DNA of 64,000 nt from an uncultured Acidobacteriota bacterium (GTDB taxonomy: Bacteria; Acidobacteriota; Terriglobia; UBA7540), in the NCBI GenBank assembly GCA_963831905.1, contig CAWHRX010000002.1, positions 140,150 to 204,149 of the forward strand, read 5' to 3'. The position numbers were made by a program, and so were the translations under genes. Under the pieces are notes generated by a model, which worked only from the letters and a program-made list of their open reading frames with translations, was not told the DNA's origin and ran no database searches. Every line of letters starts with the position of its first letter. The stretch's first letter is position 1. Positions 17,124 to 30,545 of the stretch are shown piece after piece.

Positions 17124-18125
17124 ATGCCGAACCTAAGAATCAAAGAAGCCAGAGTCGTCACGCGATTAATGGCCGCCTTGTTGGGGCTTGTGTTTGCATC
17201 GCAACTGTTCAGCAGCACCTTGTTTGCGCAGGCGCCGCTCCCGCAGCCTCCGCCTGATCAAGGGCCGCCGCCGGAACAAGGACCGCCGCCGGAAGCGCCG
17301 CCCTCCTTCCCGCCGGAGGAGTTGCAGAGGATCGTGTCTCCCATTGCTCTGTATCCGGACCCTCTGCTGGCGCAGGTTCTCACCGCTGCGACTTTTTCTA
17401 ACGACATCCCCGCCGCCGCGCAGTGGGCGGACCAGCACCACTATCTGAGCGGAGACGCGCTGGCGCAAGCCATCACCGCCGACCAGCTACCCTGGGATCC
17501 AAGCGTGCAGGCGCTGCTACCCTTTCCCTCGGTTCTCGATATGATGGCCTCTGCCATGCAATGGACAGAGGAACTGGGCAACGCCGTCCTGGCGCAGCGG
17601 CCGGACGTGATGGATGCGGTGCAGGTGATGCGCCAGCGAGCCTACAACTACGGCTATCTTAGGACCAATCAGGCGGTCGTGGTGGCGCCTGGGCCGTATA
17701 TCACGATCATGCCCGTGAACCCGGGATTCATTGTGGTTCCCGCGTACAGCCCGGGGATCGTGTTTGCGGCTCCGCGCCTCGGCTTCGTCGTGGGCGCCGC
17801 CATCCGCTTTGGCTTTGGCGTAGCCATTGGCCTGGCGTTTCGTCCTTGGGGATGGGGCTTCGGCTGGACCCACTTCGATTGGGGCCATCACGCCATGATC
17901 GTCAACAACCATCCGTGGGGCAGGACTTGGGCGAATCGCGCAACCTACGTCCACCCGTATGCGGTTCAGCGCTATGCGCGCTCGGCGCCGCGCCCGGCGG
18001 AACACCATGAACTGGAACGCCGCTCGCAGCAGGAACGGTCAGATGCCAAGGCCGGACGGGCGGTCAAGGAAGAACACCGTAACGAGGCCAAGCACGCAGA
18101 GAAACACGACGAGCATCACCGGTAA
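17124..18125 (+). CDS. DUF3300 domain protein
   Basis: Signal peptide and a Pro-rich tract, followed by SPIALYPDPLLAQVLTAATF, which is characteristic of DUF3300. Confidence 0.7.
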   Translation: MPNLRIKEARVVTRLMAALLGLVFASQLFSSTLFAQAPLPQPPPDQGPPPEQGPPPEAPPSFPPEELQRIVSPIALYPDPLLAQVLTAATFSNDIPAAAQWADQHHYLSGDALAQAITADQLPWDPSVQALLPFPSVLDMMASAMQWTEELGNAVLAQRPDVMDAVQVMRQRAYNYGYLRTNQAVVVAPGPYITIMPVNPGFIVVPAYSPGIVFAAPRLGFVVGAAIRFGFGVAIGLAFRPWGWGFGWTHFDWGHHAMIVNNHPWGRTWANRATYVHPYAVQRYARSAPRPAEHHELERRSQQERSDAKAGRAVKEEHRNEAKHAEKHDEHHR

Positions 18126-18148
18126 GAACAAATGGCCGGAGCGTCTTG

Positions 18149-18198
18149 ACCCTCTCCCCGTACGAAATATCCGCGCACTCAGCATGCGGGGAGAGGGT
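18149..18198. repeat. 12-bp-stem hairpin ACCCTCTCCCCG ... CGGGGAGAGGGT
   Basis: Perfect inverted repeat 24 nt after the DUF3300 stop. It has no T tract. Confidence 0.6.
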
Positions 18199-18466
18199 GG
18201 TCCGCCGCCGGCGCCTTGAGTCGCCGGCATGGGCCGGGCGAGGAGGTCTTCAGCACCGCATCCTACCTTTACATGAAGCGCAGACGGTTCCGTCCTTCCT
18301 CCTTCCCAGCATCAGGTGTCCCAATTTGAGTTGTAGCGCTGGCCTTCAGGCCAGCATCTGCCGACCCGTCGCTTCGCTCAGGGCAGTCTCTAAAGGTCGG
18401 CGCTGCTTTCGAACTGGGATCCTACACGCCATCATGTGAGTTTGCCTTATCACTCCAACTTCACGT

Positions 18467-18970
18467 ATGCTCTCCGCCAGCTATGGTAGAGCCCCTGAAT
18501 TGAGCGGAGGTGGAAACTTGAAGAATACACTTTGCATTTTCGCCTGCGCGGTATTCTTGTGGAGCCCGCCCGCTTGGGCAGGCTCCGATGCTGACACCGT
18601 GCGCGAACTCCTGGCACTCGAGAAGCAGGCGATGGACGGATGGCTCAAAGGAGATCCCGAACCACAGTTGGCCATCTCCGATCCCGAAATCACTTACATT
18701 CATGAGGCGGTGGGGAAGCGCCTGGACGGGCTCGCAGCGGTGAAAGAACTCTACGCCGCGTATCGTGGTGTGCCGTTGTTTGACAGTTATGAGATTCTGA
18801 GTCCCAAGGTTCGAGTAAGCGGCGACATGGCCGTACTGACCTACCAACTAGCGCAGCACCGGGGTTCCGCGACGAAATACTGGAATGGAACTCTAGTTTA
18901 TTGGAAGAAGCCGGAAGGATGGCGGATCATCCACGCCCATTGGTCTGGCGCTGCACAGCCGCAGCCTTGA
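18467..18970 (+). CDS. NTF2-like (DUF4440/SnoaL-type) secreted protein
   Basis: Signal-like N-terminus. The size and the pattern (LLALEKQAMDGWLKGD ... W) are typical of DUF4440. Confidence 0.55.
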   Translation: MLSASYGRAPELSGGGNLKNTLCIFACAVFLWSPPAWAGSDADTVRELLALEKQAMDGWLKGDPEPQLAISDPEITYIHEAVGKRLDGLAAVKELYAAYRGVPLFDSYEILSPKVRVSGDMAVLTYQLAQHRGSATKYWNGTLVYWKKPEGWRIIHAHWSGAAQPQP

Positions 18971-19004
18971 CCGGCAAGGACGCGAACGCGTTCAGGCCGC
19001 GGAA

Positions 19005-20720
19005 CTACTCGTGAGACCGCAGCGCGTCGCGCCCCTCGTCCTTGGCGCGGAAGAGGGCGTTATCGGAGGCACGCAGAAGGTCTTTCAGACTTCTGCCGTT
19101 GTCGGGAAAGGTGGCGACGCCAAACGACAGAACCATGGGTTCCAGAGGGCGTCCCTGGTATTGAATGTCCGTGCGGGCAACGGCCTTGCTTAATTCCTCC
19201 GCCCGTTGCGTGGCAAGCGCCGCCGTAGTGTCGGGAAGCACCAGCACAAATTCGTCTCCTCCCAAACGGCAGGCAACATCTTCGCTTCGGATGTGGCTCT
19301 TCAGCGTCTCGCACAAATTCTGCAGGGCCAGGTCGCCGGCCTCGTGCCCATAGGTGTCATTGAACTGCTTGAAATTGTCCACGTCGAGCATGATGACTGC
19401 CAGGGGCCGGCGGTTTCGAGCCGCGCGGGAAATCTCCCGCTCCAGCGTCTCTTCCATGTAACGGCGATTAAACCAGCCGGTGAGCGGGTCACGAATGGAC
19501 TGCGCACGCAGGGCCTCGCTCAAGTTCATGTTGGCCACAGCCAATGCCAACTGCTCCGCGATGGAGGTGGCGGGCCAGGGGAGTTCCACGGACCCTGCGG
19601 ACGGTTCCCCGGCTGAGCCTTGCGGTGCTTGGCCCAGCCGCAGGTGAAGAAGTCCATAGGTTTCACCGTGAGCAATCATGGGGACGCAGAGGTAACAGGC
19701 CGGCGGAGGATTCGGCAAGTGGCGGCACAGTAGGCTAGTCTGAGAGTCTTCCACGAAATGCACCCGCCCGGTTCGAAGTCCCCAGCACTGATCGAGAGTC
19801 AGGAACTCGGGATCGTCCGGCTGCAATTCTCCCCACCGGCTGACAATCTCCAGATCCTTGGTCTGAGGGGAATAGACGTACAGGGCGCCGGCGGTGGCGG
19901 GAATGAGCGTCTGGGTAAATCGGGCGGTGACTGCATAAGCATCCGCGGGAGTCGAGCTAGCCTGCAGGAGGTGGCCCATCTCCGTGAGCAGCCGGAGTTG
20001 ATGAGTTCGGCGCTCCAGCTTGTCGAGCGACTCGCGCAAAGCCTCATCGGCCTGCTTGCGTTGAGTGATGTCTCTGGAGATGGTGGACATGGCGACGATT
20101 TTTCCGGAACGATCCTGAACCGGTGAAATCGTCAGGGAGACGTCAAGGCGCGTGCCGTCCTTTCTAACCCGGACCGTTTCAAAGTCCTGGACGGCGCCCC
20201 CTTGCAGCACGCGCTCCGCCAGGCGCTGCCGTTCCTCCTTGCGATCGGGCGGGACTATCAGTGAGATGGACTGGCCTATCGCCTCTTTGACAGTGTATCC
20301 ATAAGCATGTTCCGCCGCTTTGTTCCAGCTCAAGATGGTTCCGTCCAGACTGGCTCGAATGATGCTGTCGGCTGAAGATTCAATGACCGCGGCCTCGGCG
20401 CGAGCCTCCTCTTCGGACCGGGATAAGCGATGCGTAACCCAAGTGATCACAACGCCCACGCCGCAGAATGCCAACATGGGGATGAAGATTGCGGGGTTGG
20501 AAGTGTCGAAGAGACGGTCCATCAGGAAGTAATAGGTCAGGGCCATGCTCAACAGCGTAGCGAAAATCCCGGGCCAGAATCCCCCTGAGGCGCTGACGAA
20601 GACGGCGAGAATGAAGAGCAGAAACCTGAACTGCTCCCGGATGGGAGGGATGACCAACGTGAGGAGCAAAGCGATAGTGACGCTTAGGACTGCGAGTGCA
20701 TAGGCTTTGAGGGCTCTCAT
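19005..20720 (-). CDS. membrane diguanylate cyclase (DUF4118-like TM region, PAS, GAF, GGDEF)
   Basis: GGDEF active site in RLGGDEFVLV, with an RxxD I-site (RSED) five residues upstream. PAS segment SSADSIIRASLDGTILSWNKAAE. Confidence 0.85.
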   Translation of the reverse strand: MRALKAYALAVLSVTIALLLTLVIPPIREQFRFLLFILAVFVSASGGFWPGIFATLLSMALTYYFLMDRLFDTSNPAIFIPMLAFCGVGVVITWVTHRLSRSEEEARAEAAVIESSADSIIRASLDGTILSWNKAAEHAYGYTVKEAIGQSISLIVPPDRKEERQRLAERVLQGGAVQDFETVRVRKDGTRLDVSLTISPVQDRSGKIVAMSTISRDITQRKQADEALRESLDKLERRTHQLRLLTEMGHLLQASSTPADAYAVTARFTQTLIPATAGALYVYSPQTKDLEIVSRWGELQPDDPEFLTLDQCWGLRTGRVHFVEDSQTSLLCRHLPNPPPACYLCVPMIAHGETYGLLHLRLGQAPQGSAGEPSAGSVELPWPATSIAEQLALAVANMNLSEALRAQSIRDPLTGWFNRRYMEETLEREISRAARNRRPLAVIMLDVDNFKQFNDTYGHEAGDLALQNLCETLKSHIRSEDVACRLGGDEFVLVLPDTTAALATQRAEELSKAVARTDIQYQGRPLEPMVLSFGVATFPDNGRSLKDLLRASDNALFRAKDEGRDALRSHE

Positions 20721-21245
20721 CTCGCTCCCCCCACTCTATGGCTGCCGGTGAGTGGCTTCAACCCAACCTCACTCCAACTTACTCCAAAAGGGGTGCGGAA
20801 TCAACGTAGTGTGCCAAAAGGCCACCATCCGTCGATAAGATGCGGCGACCCGACCGGAGATCAGATCGGCGCCGATGGATTTCCCGAGTTTGTCTAGCCG
20901 ACTACTTGAAAGCTCGAATTCTACACGTGAGGCGCGTATTTCGGCACTCAATTGCGGCTCATTTGGGGTTCGTTTTAGCTTCGTTTTGCACACGCCTTCG
21001 TTTGTTTTCAATAACATACTGGCTTCGATCGTATTGTTTTTGTTGTTTCGAACCCCAGTTTCCCCGGCTCGCCCGGACGACCCCGCTTTTCCTTCCCTTC
21101 CGAGCATGCCGGCGCTCCCTTAGCGACAAAACGTCAAGAACTAGACAACCACAGTAGGCTATCATAGGCGGGCGAGTTTGTCAAGCGAAAAGTGCAAACC
21201 TGGGGCGGTCGTTCCTGACCAGGCTGCTGAAAAATCCTTCTGGTG

Positions 21246-21416
21246 GTCATTTTGTCATTCCGGGTCAGAGATGGTGTCCCTGATCCGGCGGTAACGGCGG
21301 GCGAGTGTGGTAAGGAAGCCAGGGCGAGATTCTTCGCTGCGCTCAGAATGATAGTGGGCGGGGCCGAGTTGGCAGCGAAGGGGCAGAGCGAGATTCTTCG
21401 CTGCGCTCAGAATGAC
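21246..21416. repeat. compound GTCATTC.../GATTCTTCGCTGCGCTCAGAATGA(C) element with duplicated right arm
   Basis: Right arms at 21328..21351 and 21392..21416. Degenerate left half-sites lie at 21246..21260. Confidence 0.75.
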
Positions 21417-21424
21417 AAGCATTC

Positions 21425-21466
21425 CTGACTGCCGATTGCTGACTACCCACTGCCGATTGCCTACTG
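21425..21466 (-). repeat. degenerate GGCARTN heptamer tract
   Basis: The reverse complement reads GGCAATC GGCAGTG GGTAGTC AGCAATC GGCAGTC. It overlaps the stop codon of the 21461..22882 gene. Confidence 0.65.
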
Positions 21467-22882
21467 TCCGAAGTGGTCCTTCAGGGCTGCCTGGGCAGCG
21501 AAGTAGCCACACATGCCATGGACTCCTCCGCCGGGCGGTGTGGAAGCGGAACACAAATAGAGCTGCGGCGATGAAGTGCGATAGAGCCGGAGAGTGGGTC
21601 TGGTGAACAGTTGTGCCAAGTCATTTGCGCCGCCGCTGATGTCCCCGCCCACCAGATTGGGATTACGTCGCTCCAGGTCGGCGGGGCTCAGGACGCTGCG
21701 GGCGAGCACGAGTTCTTGGAAGCCCGGCGCGAAGCGCTCCACCTGAGCTTCGATTCGCGGCGTCATATCCTCGTTGGAACCATTCGCGACGTGACAGTAT
21801 GCCCACGCCGTATGCTTTCCCGCGGGAGCCCGCGTGGCATCGAACAAGCTTGGCTGCACCACCAGGACAAAGGGCCGCTCCACCGAGCGCCCTTCCCACG
21901 CGGCGCGCTCCGAGGCGGCGATTTCCTCGAGCGTGCCTCCGAGGTGAAGCGTAGCCGCGCGACGGCACCCCGGGGCCTGCCAGGGAATCGGGCCGCTTAA
22001 GGCCCAGTCAACCTTGAAAACACCGGGACCGTACCGATATCGCTCGAGCCTATGACGGTAGTCCCGCGTAAGTTGATTTCCCGCCAGGCGGAGAAACTGG
22101 CGGGGAGTGAGGTCGCACAGAACCACGCGGCTGGCGGGAAGTTGACCGAGCGCCGTCACGGCGAAGTTCGTCACCACCTCGCCGCCCGCCGAATGCAAGC
22201 AGGCCACCAGGCTATCGGCGATCTTCTGCGCACCTCCTCGCGGGAGGGGCCAGCCCACCGCATGAGCGGTGATTCCGAGAACAAGTCCGAAGGCCGCACT
22301 CGCCAAACTGTCGAGCGGCAGCACGGAATGGGCTGCCATTCCCGCGAAAAGGGCTCGAGCGGGTCCCTGCTTAAAGAGGGAACGCGCCAGTCCGCGCGCG
22401 GAACGAAAAGCGTGAAGGCCAAAGCGAGCCAGTTTCAGCGGATGGGACGGAAACCTCAGAGGGCCCAGCAGTGATTCACTTAAGTCATTCCAATTCGCCA
22501 CCAGCGGTTCCATTAAGGCGCGATAGGCGCGGCCGTCATGACCCAGGCCGTCCGCTGTCTGTTGCACGGAGCGCTCGGCCATTACGACCTGGCCGCCATC
22601 GAGAGGATGGGCGAGCGGCGCCGGCGGCTGCGCCCAGCTAAGACCGTGATCGGCAAGAGGCAGTGAGGCAAAGAAGGGTGAGGCAAGGGCGAGCGGGTGA
22701 ACCGCGGAGCAGACATCGTGCATGAACCCCGGTAAGGTCAGCGCCGCTGAACGCGTTCCACCGCCCGCTGTCTCTGCCGCCTCGAACACCACGACCGAAC
22801 ACCCCGCCCGCGCCAGGGTGATCGCGGCGGCCAGCCCGTTAGGTCCTGAGCCGACAATTATCGCGTCATACTTCGTGCGCAA
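21461..22882 (-). CDS. FAD-dependent oxidoreductase, phytoene-desaturase (CrtI-like) family
   Basis: N-terminal DAIIVGSGPNGLAAA dinucleotide motif. 473 aa with a CrtI-like C-terminus (GGGVHG). Confidence 0.7.
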   Translation of the reverse strand: MRTKYDAIIVGSGPNGLAAAITLARAGCSVVVFEAAETAGGGTRSAALTLPGFMHDVCSAVHPLALASPFFASLPLADHGLSWAQPPAPLAHPLDGGQVVMAERSVQQTADGLGHDGRAYRALMEPLVANWNDLSESLLGPLRFPSHPLKLARFGLHAFRSARGLARSLFKQGPARALFAGMAAHSVLPLDSLASAAFGLVLGITAHAVGWPLPRGGAQKIADSLVACLHSAGGEVVTNFAVTALGQLPASRVVLCDLTPRQFLRLAGNQLTRDYRHRLERYRYGPGVFKVDWALSGPIPWQAPGCRRAATLHLGGTLEEIAASERAAWEGRSVERPFVLVVQPSLFDATRAPAGKHTAWAYCHVANGSNEDMTPRIEAQVERFAPGFQELVLARSVLSPADLERRNPNLVGGDISGGANDLAQLFTRPTLRLYRTSSPQLYLCSASTPPGGGVHGMCGYFAAQAALKDHFGQ

Positions 22883-23076
22883 AGCGAAGCGATCCCTTCC
22901 CCACAGTCCTTAGATGTTGGCGCACGCGTTCCGGAACATTTTCGGCATAGGCGTAATCCTCCACCCTCAAGGTGCCGATAGAGAGATGAAGACTTCCGGA
23001 AGGTCGCCGAGGGCGAATACGTGGCGGCGTTGGGCTGCGCTCCGAGTGAGTAACGAACCCGTTCGATGGGTGGCTT

Positions 23077-27420
<4,344 letters not shown>

Positions 27421-27446
27421 GGCAGATTGCCCAGGGGGTTGTGGAG

Positions 27447-27842
27447 ATGCGCACACTGATTGTGGAAGACGATTTCACCTGCCGCTTGCTGTTGCAGACG
27501 CTGCTCAGCCGTTACGGTGATTGCCACATTGCCGTAAACGGCCGCGAAGCAGTCGACGCGTTCCACCATGCCTTGGACGGCGGGCAGCCTTACGATTTGA
27601 TCTGCATGGATATCATGCTGCCGGAGATGGATGGACAGTCGGCCGTCAAGGAGATCCGCGCTTGCGAAGAGGCTCGGGGCACGTTGTCCACGGAGGGTGT
27701 GAAGATCATCATGACGACCGCGCTGGACGATGTGAAGAACGTGGTCGAGTCGTTCAAGTTGTTGTGTGATGCTTACGTGTTCAAGCCGATCGATACGGGG
27801 AATCTGATCAACCACCTCAAGTACCTGCGGCTGATTGGGTGA
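27447..27842 (+). CDS. CheY-like single-domain response regulator
   Basis: Starts at ATG 27447 (MRTLIVEDDF), with MDIMLPEMDG and a later KP. Confidence 0.8.
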   Translation: MRTLIVEDDFTCRLLLQTLLSRYGDCHIAVNGREAVDAFHHALDGGQPYDLICMDIMLPEMDGQSAVKEIRACEEARGTLSTEGVKIIMTTALDDVKNVVESFKLLCDAYVFKPIDTGNLINHLKYLRLIG

Positions 27843-28057
27843 GCGTCGCTTGCCACGGATGCGCGAGGTTTCATTGCCGTGGCGGCGGGTAGCCCGGGCC
27901 GCAGGGCCTCCGCCCAATCCCATCAAAACTCTTCAAGTTTCCTGTTCAACCCTCCGATTAGCTATAAGGTGGCAAGGCGTATGATCCGCCAAGCCTTACG
28001 GAAGTGTTCCAGCGAGCAGACCCCCGCCGGAAGAGTGCTCTCCCGGAGTGAAAAAGG

Positions 28058-28369
28058 ATGCCCGTGTTCTGCGATCAAGGCGAAGCGTTGTCTCTTATCC
28101 GCTTGCAGGGCAACGTGAACATCTGCTCGGCCGCAGAATTGAAGCGGATGCTGCTGGCAGTGCTAGCGCGTCGAATGGACATCCGTGTCGATCTCGGCTC
28201 TGTCACTGAACTCGATGTAAGCGCGGTCCAACTTCTCCGGGCCGCGGAGCGCCAAGCAAAAGGAGCGGGGGTCGGATTCAGCTATGCGGGGCAATGCCCT
28301 CAGGATGTCGCCCTCGCCCTGGCTGCGGCAGGCTTTGAGGAATTTCCGCTCCCCGCAAAACCAATTTGA
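28058..28369 (+). CDS. STAS-domain (anti-sigma-antagonist-like) protein
   Basis: 103 aa with LQGNVNICSAAELKRML...VDLGSVTELDVSAVQLL, typical of the STAS fold. Confidence 0.6.
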   Translation: MPVFCDQGEALSLIRLQGNVNICSAAELKRMLLAVLARRMDIRVDLGSVTELDVSAVQLLRAAERQAKGAGVGFSYAGQCPQDVALALAAAGFEEFPLPAKPI

Positions 28370-28378
28370 GCCAATCCC

Positions 28379-30367
28379 GTGCCTGAATTACCCAACGACC
28401 AAGCGCTCGAAAAGTACCGGCAAGCCTTCCAGGAAGAGGCGCGCGAGGTTCTGGTCGAACTGGAATCGGCTCTGCTGGAACTGAACGAGAATCAGAACGA
28501 TCAGGGTTTGGTGGGCCGCGTTTTCCGGGCTTTGCATACGATCAAGGGCTCCGGGTCGATGTTCGGTTTCGACGAGCTGGCCGCCTTCGCGCATGACCTG
28601 GAAACAGCCTTCGATGAAGTCCGCGCCGGGCGCCTCAATGTCACCTCAGGGCTACTGGATGTGGCCTTAATGGCGCTTGACCAGATTAAGGCCATGCTGG
28701 AGGAAACGGCCGGCGGGCCGCCCGCGGACCGGGTGGTCTCTGGCGAAATCCTGGTAAAGCTCCATGCGTTGACCGGATTGTCGGAATCATCAGCCGCCCG
28801 GGAAGCCGCCCCTGCGCCGCAGGCTCCCCTGAGGGCTGCCGGTGCGCTGAGCACCTGGAAAATCCACTTTTGCCCCGGCCCTGATCTGCTGCGAAACGGC
28901 GCCAATCCAATGCTGCTGTTGGGCGAGTTGAAGCCGTTGGGGGAATTGCACGTTACCGCCAGCATGGCGGCGATCCCGCGTCTGGAGGAGTTGGACCCCG
29001 AGCGTTGTTACATAAGTTGGGACATGCTGCTGACGACCGCTGCCGGTCGCGAGGCGATCCGGGATGTCTTCATCTTCGTGGAAGATTCCTGTGAGCTGAG
29101 CATCGAGCCGGATTTGGCCCCCCGCGAGCACGCTGCGGAAGCGCTTCCGAGCACCCCGCAAGAGCGACGTGGCGGCTACGGACGCCGCGCCTATGACAGC
29201 CCTGACAATGCTTCGAGTATTCGCGTGCCGGCCGCCCGGCTCGACCAGTTCGTCAACCTGGTGGGTGAACTGGTCACGGTGCAAGCGCGCTTGGGAGAGG
29301 TGGCAGCCCGGCGCGATGACGCTGAGGTGACGGCAGTCTCTGAGGAGATCGAGCGCTTGACAGCGGCGCTACGCGAGAACTCCATGAGCATTCGCATGTT
29401 GCCGATCCGCGCTACCTTCGAACGTTTCCGGCGCCTGGTTCACGACTTAGCGCGAGACTTGCACAAGGAAGTGGATCTGACCATTGAGGGCGGCGATACC
29501 GAGTTAGACAAAACCGTGATCGATCAGTTGAACGACCCGCTGATGCATCTCATTCGCAACAGCATGGATCACGGCATCGAGCCGCCTGCGGACCGCATCG
29601 CCGCCGGCAAGCCGGCCACCGCAACCCTCTGCCTTTCAGCGAAACACTCGGGCGCCACCGTCCTGATCGGCGTCTCTGACGACGGGGCAGGCATCAATGC
29701 GGAAGCGGTTCGCGCCCGGGCAGTCGAAAAAGGCCTCATGGCAAGCGATTCCCAACTGACAGAGAGCGAGATCCTGTCTCTGATTCTGGCGCCCGGGTTT
29801 TCCACTGCCCAGCAGGTCACGGATGTCTCCGGAAGAGGAGTCGGCATGGACGTGGTGCGGCGCAACGTGGAGGCGCTCCGCGGAACTGTTGAGATCGCGA
29901 GCAGACCCGGCGCCGGGACCAACGTCACCTTGCGCTTGCCCCTTACCATGGCGATTATCGACGGATTGCTGGTGCGCATCGGGCCGTCCTATTTCGTGAT
30001 GCCGCTTGCGACCACCCTCGAATGCATCGAATTGACCCATCAGGATGTCGAGAAGGCCAACGGCAAGCACCTGGCGGACATCCGAGGCGAACTGGTTCCC
30101 TATATTCATCTCAGGGAGTACTTCAACATCCACACGGAACGCCCTGAGCGGGAACAGATTATGCTGACCGAAACCGAGGAGGGGCGCTACGGCTTCGTGG
30201 TGGATCAGGTGCTTGGGGACCATCAAACCGTGATCAAGAACCTGGGGCGGGTGTACCGGCACGTTCAAGTCATCTCCGGCGCGACCATCCTCGGCGATGG
30301 ATCCGTGGCGTTGATTCTGGATCCCCATCGGCTGGCCCAGGAGGCCATCCGCGCCACAGCGGAGTGA
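28379..30367 (+). CDS. cheA: chemotaxis histidine kinase CheA
   Basis: Hpt motif LHTIKGSGSMFG, HATPase motifs (DDGAGI, GRGVGMDVV) and a C-terminal CheW-like domain. GTG start. Confidence 0.9.
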   Translation: MPELPNDQALEKYRQAFQEEAREVLVELESALLELNENQNDQGLVGRVFRALHTIKGSGSMFGFDELAAFAHDLETAFDEVRAGRLNVTSGLLDVALMALDQIKAMLEETAGGPPADRVVSGEILVKLHALTGLSESSAAREAAPAPQAPLRAAGALSTWKIHFCPGPDLLRNGANPMLLLGELKPLGELHVTASMAAIPRLEELDPERCYISWDMLLTTAAGREAIRDVFIFVEDSCELSIEPDLAPREHAAEALPSTPQERRGGYGRRAYDSPDNASSIRVPAARLDQFVNLVGELVTVQARLGEVAARRDDAEVTAVSEEIERLTAALRENSMSIRMLPIRATFERFRRLVHDLARDLHKEVDLTIEGGDTELDKTVIDQLNDPLMHLIRNSMDHGIEPPADRIAAGKPATATLCLSAKHSGATVLIGVSDDGAGINAEAVRARAVEKGLMASDSQLTESEILSLILAPGFSTAQQVTDVSGRGVGMDVVRRNVEALRGTVEIASRPGAGTNVTLRLPLTMAIIDGLLVRIGPSYFVMPLATTLECIELTHQDVEKANGKHLADIRGELVPYIHLREYFNIHTERPEREQIMLTETEEGRYGFVVDQVLGDHQTVIKNLGRVYRHVQVISGATILGDGSVALILDPHRLAQEAIRATAE

Positions 30368-30545
30368 GGCAGCGCGGAGGGGCGTGGTCCGCGCATTGGC
30401 CCAGAAGGTTTGAGGAAGGTTGCGGATTGACTGCGCTGAATGAGATTTCTCGGAGACCCAATTGCTCGCTCGGCGTGCCTGAAAACGCCGTTGAGCCACG
30501 ATCGAATTAACACGGAATGAATTCAATCTGAAAGGAGAAGGAATT

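Noticed and set aside
20780-21180. tmRNA or other housekeeping RNA on the minus strand (it starts GGGGTCGTCC...)
   Set aside because: It has no tRNA-like 3' domain ending CCA, no GGAUUCGAC-type 5' motif and no plausible tag ORF ending in an Ala-Ala stop. It also does not resemble the RNase P, SRP or 6S cores I can recall.
27879-28118. 79-aa ORF in the gap between the CheY-like gene and the STAS gene
   Set aside because: It has no motif, its composition is atypical for the coding genes here, and it overlaps the STAS start. It is probably non-coding spacer.
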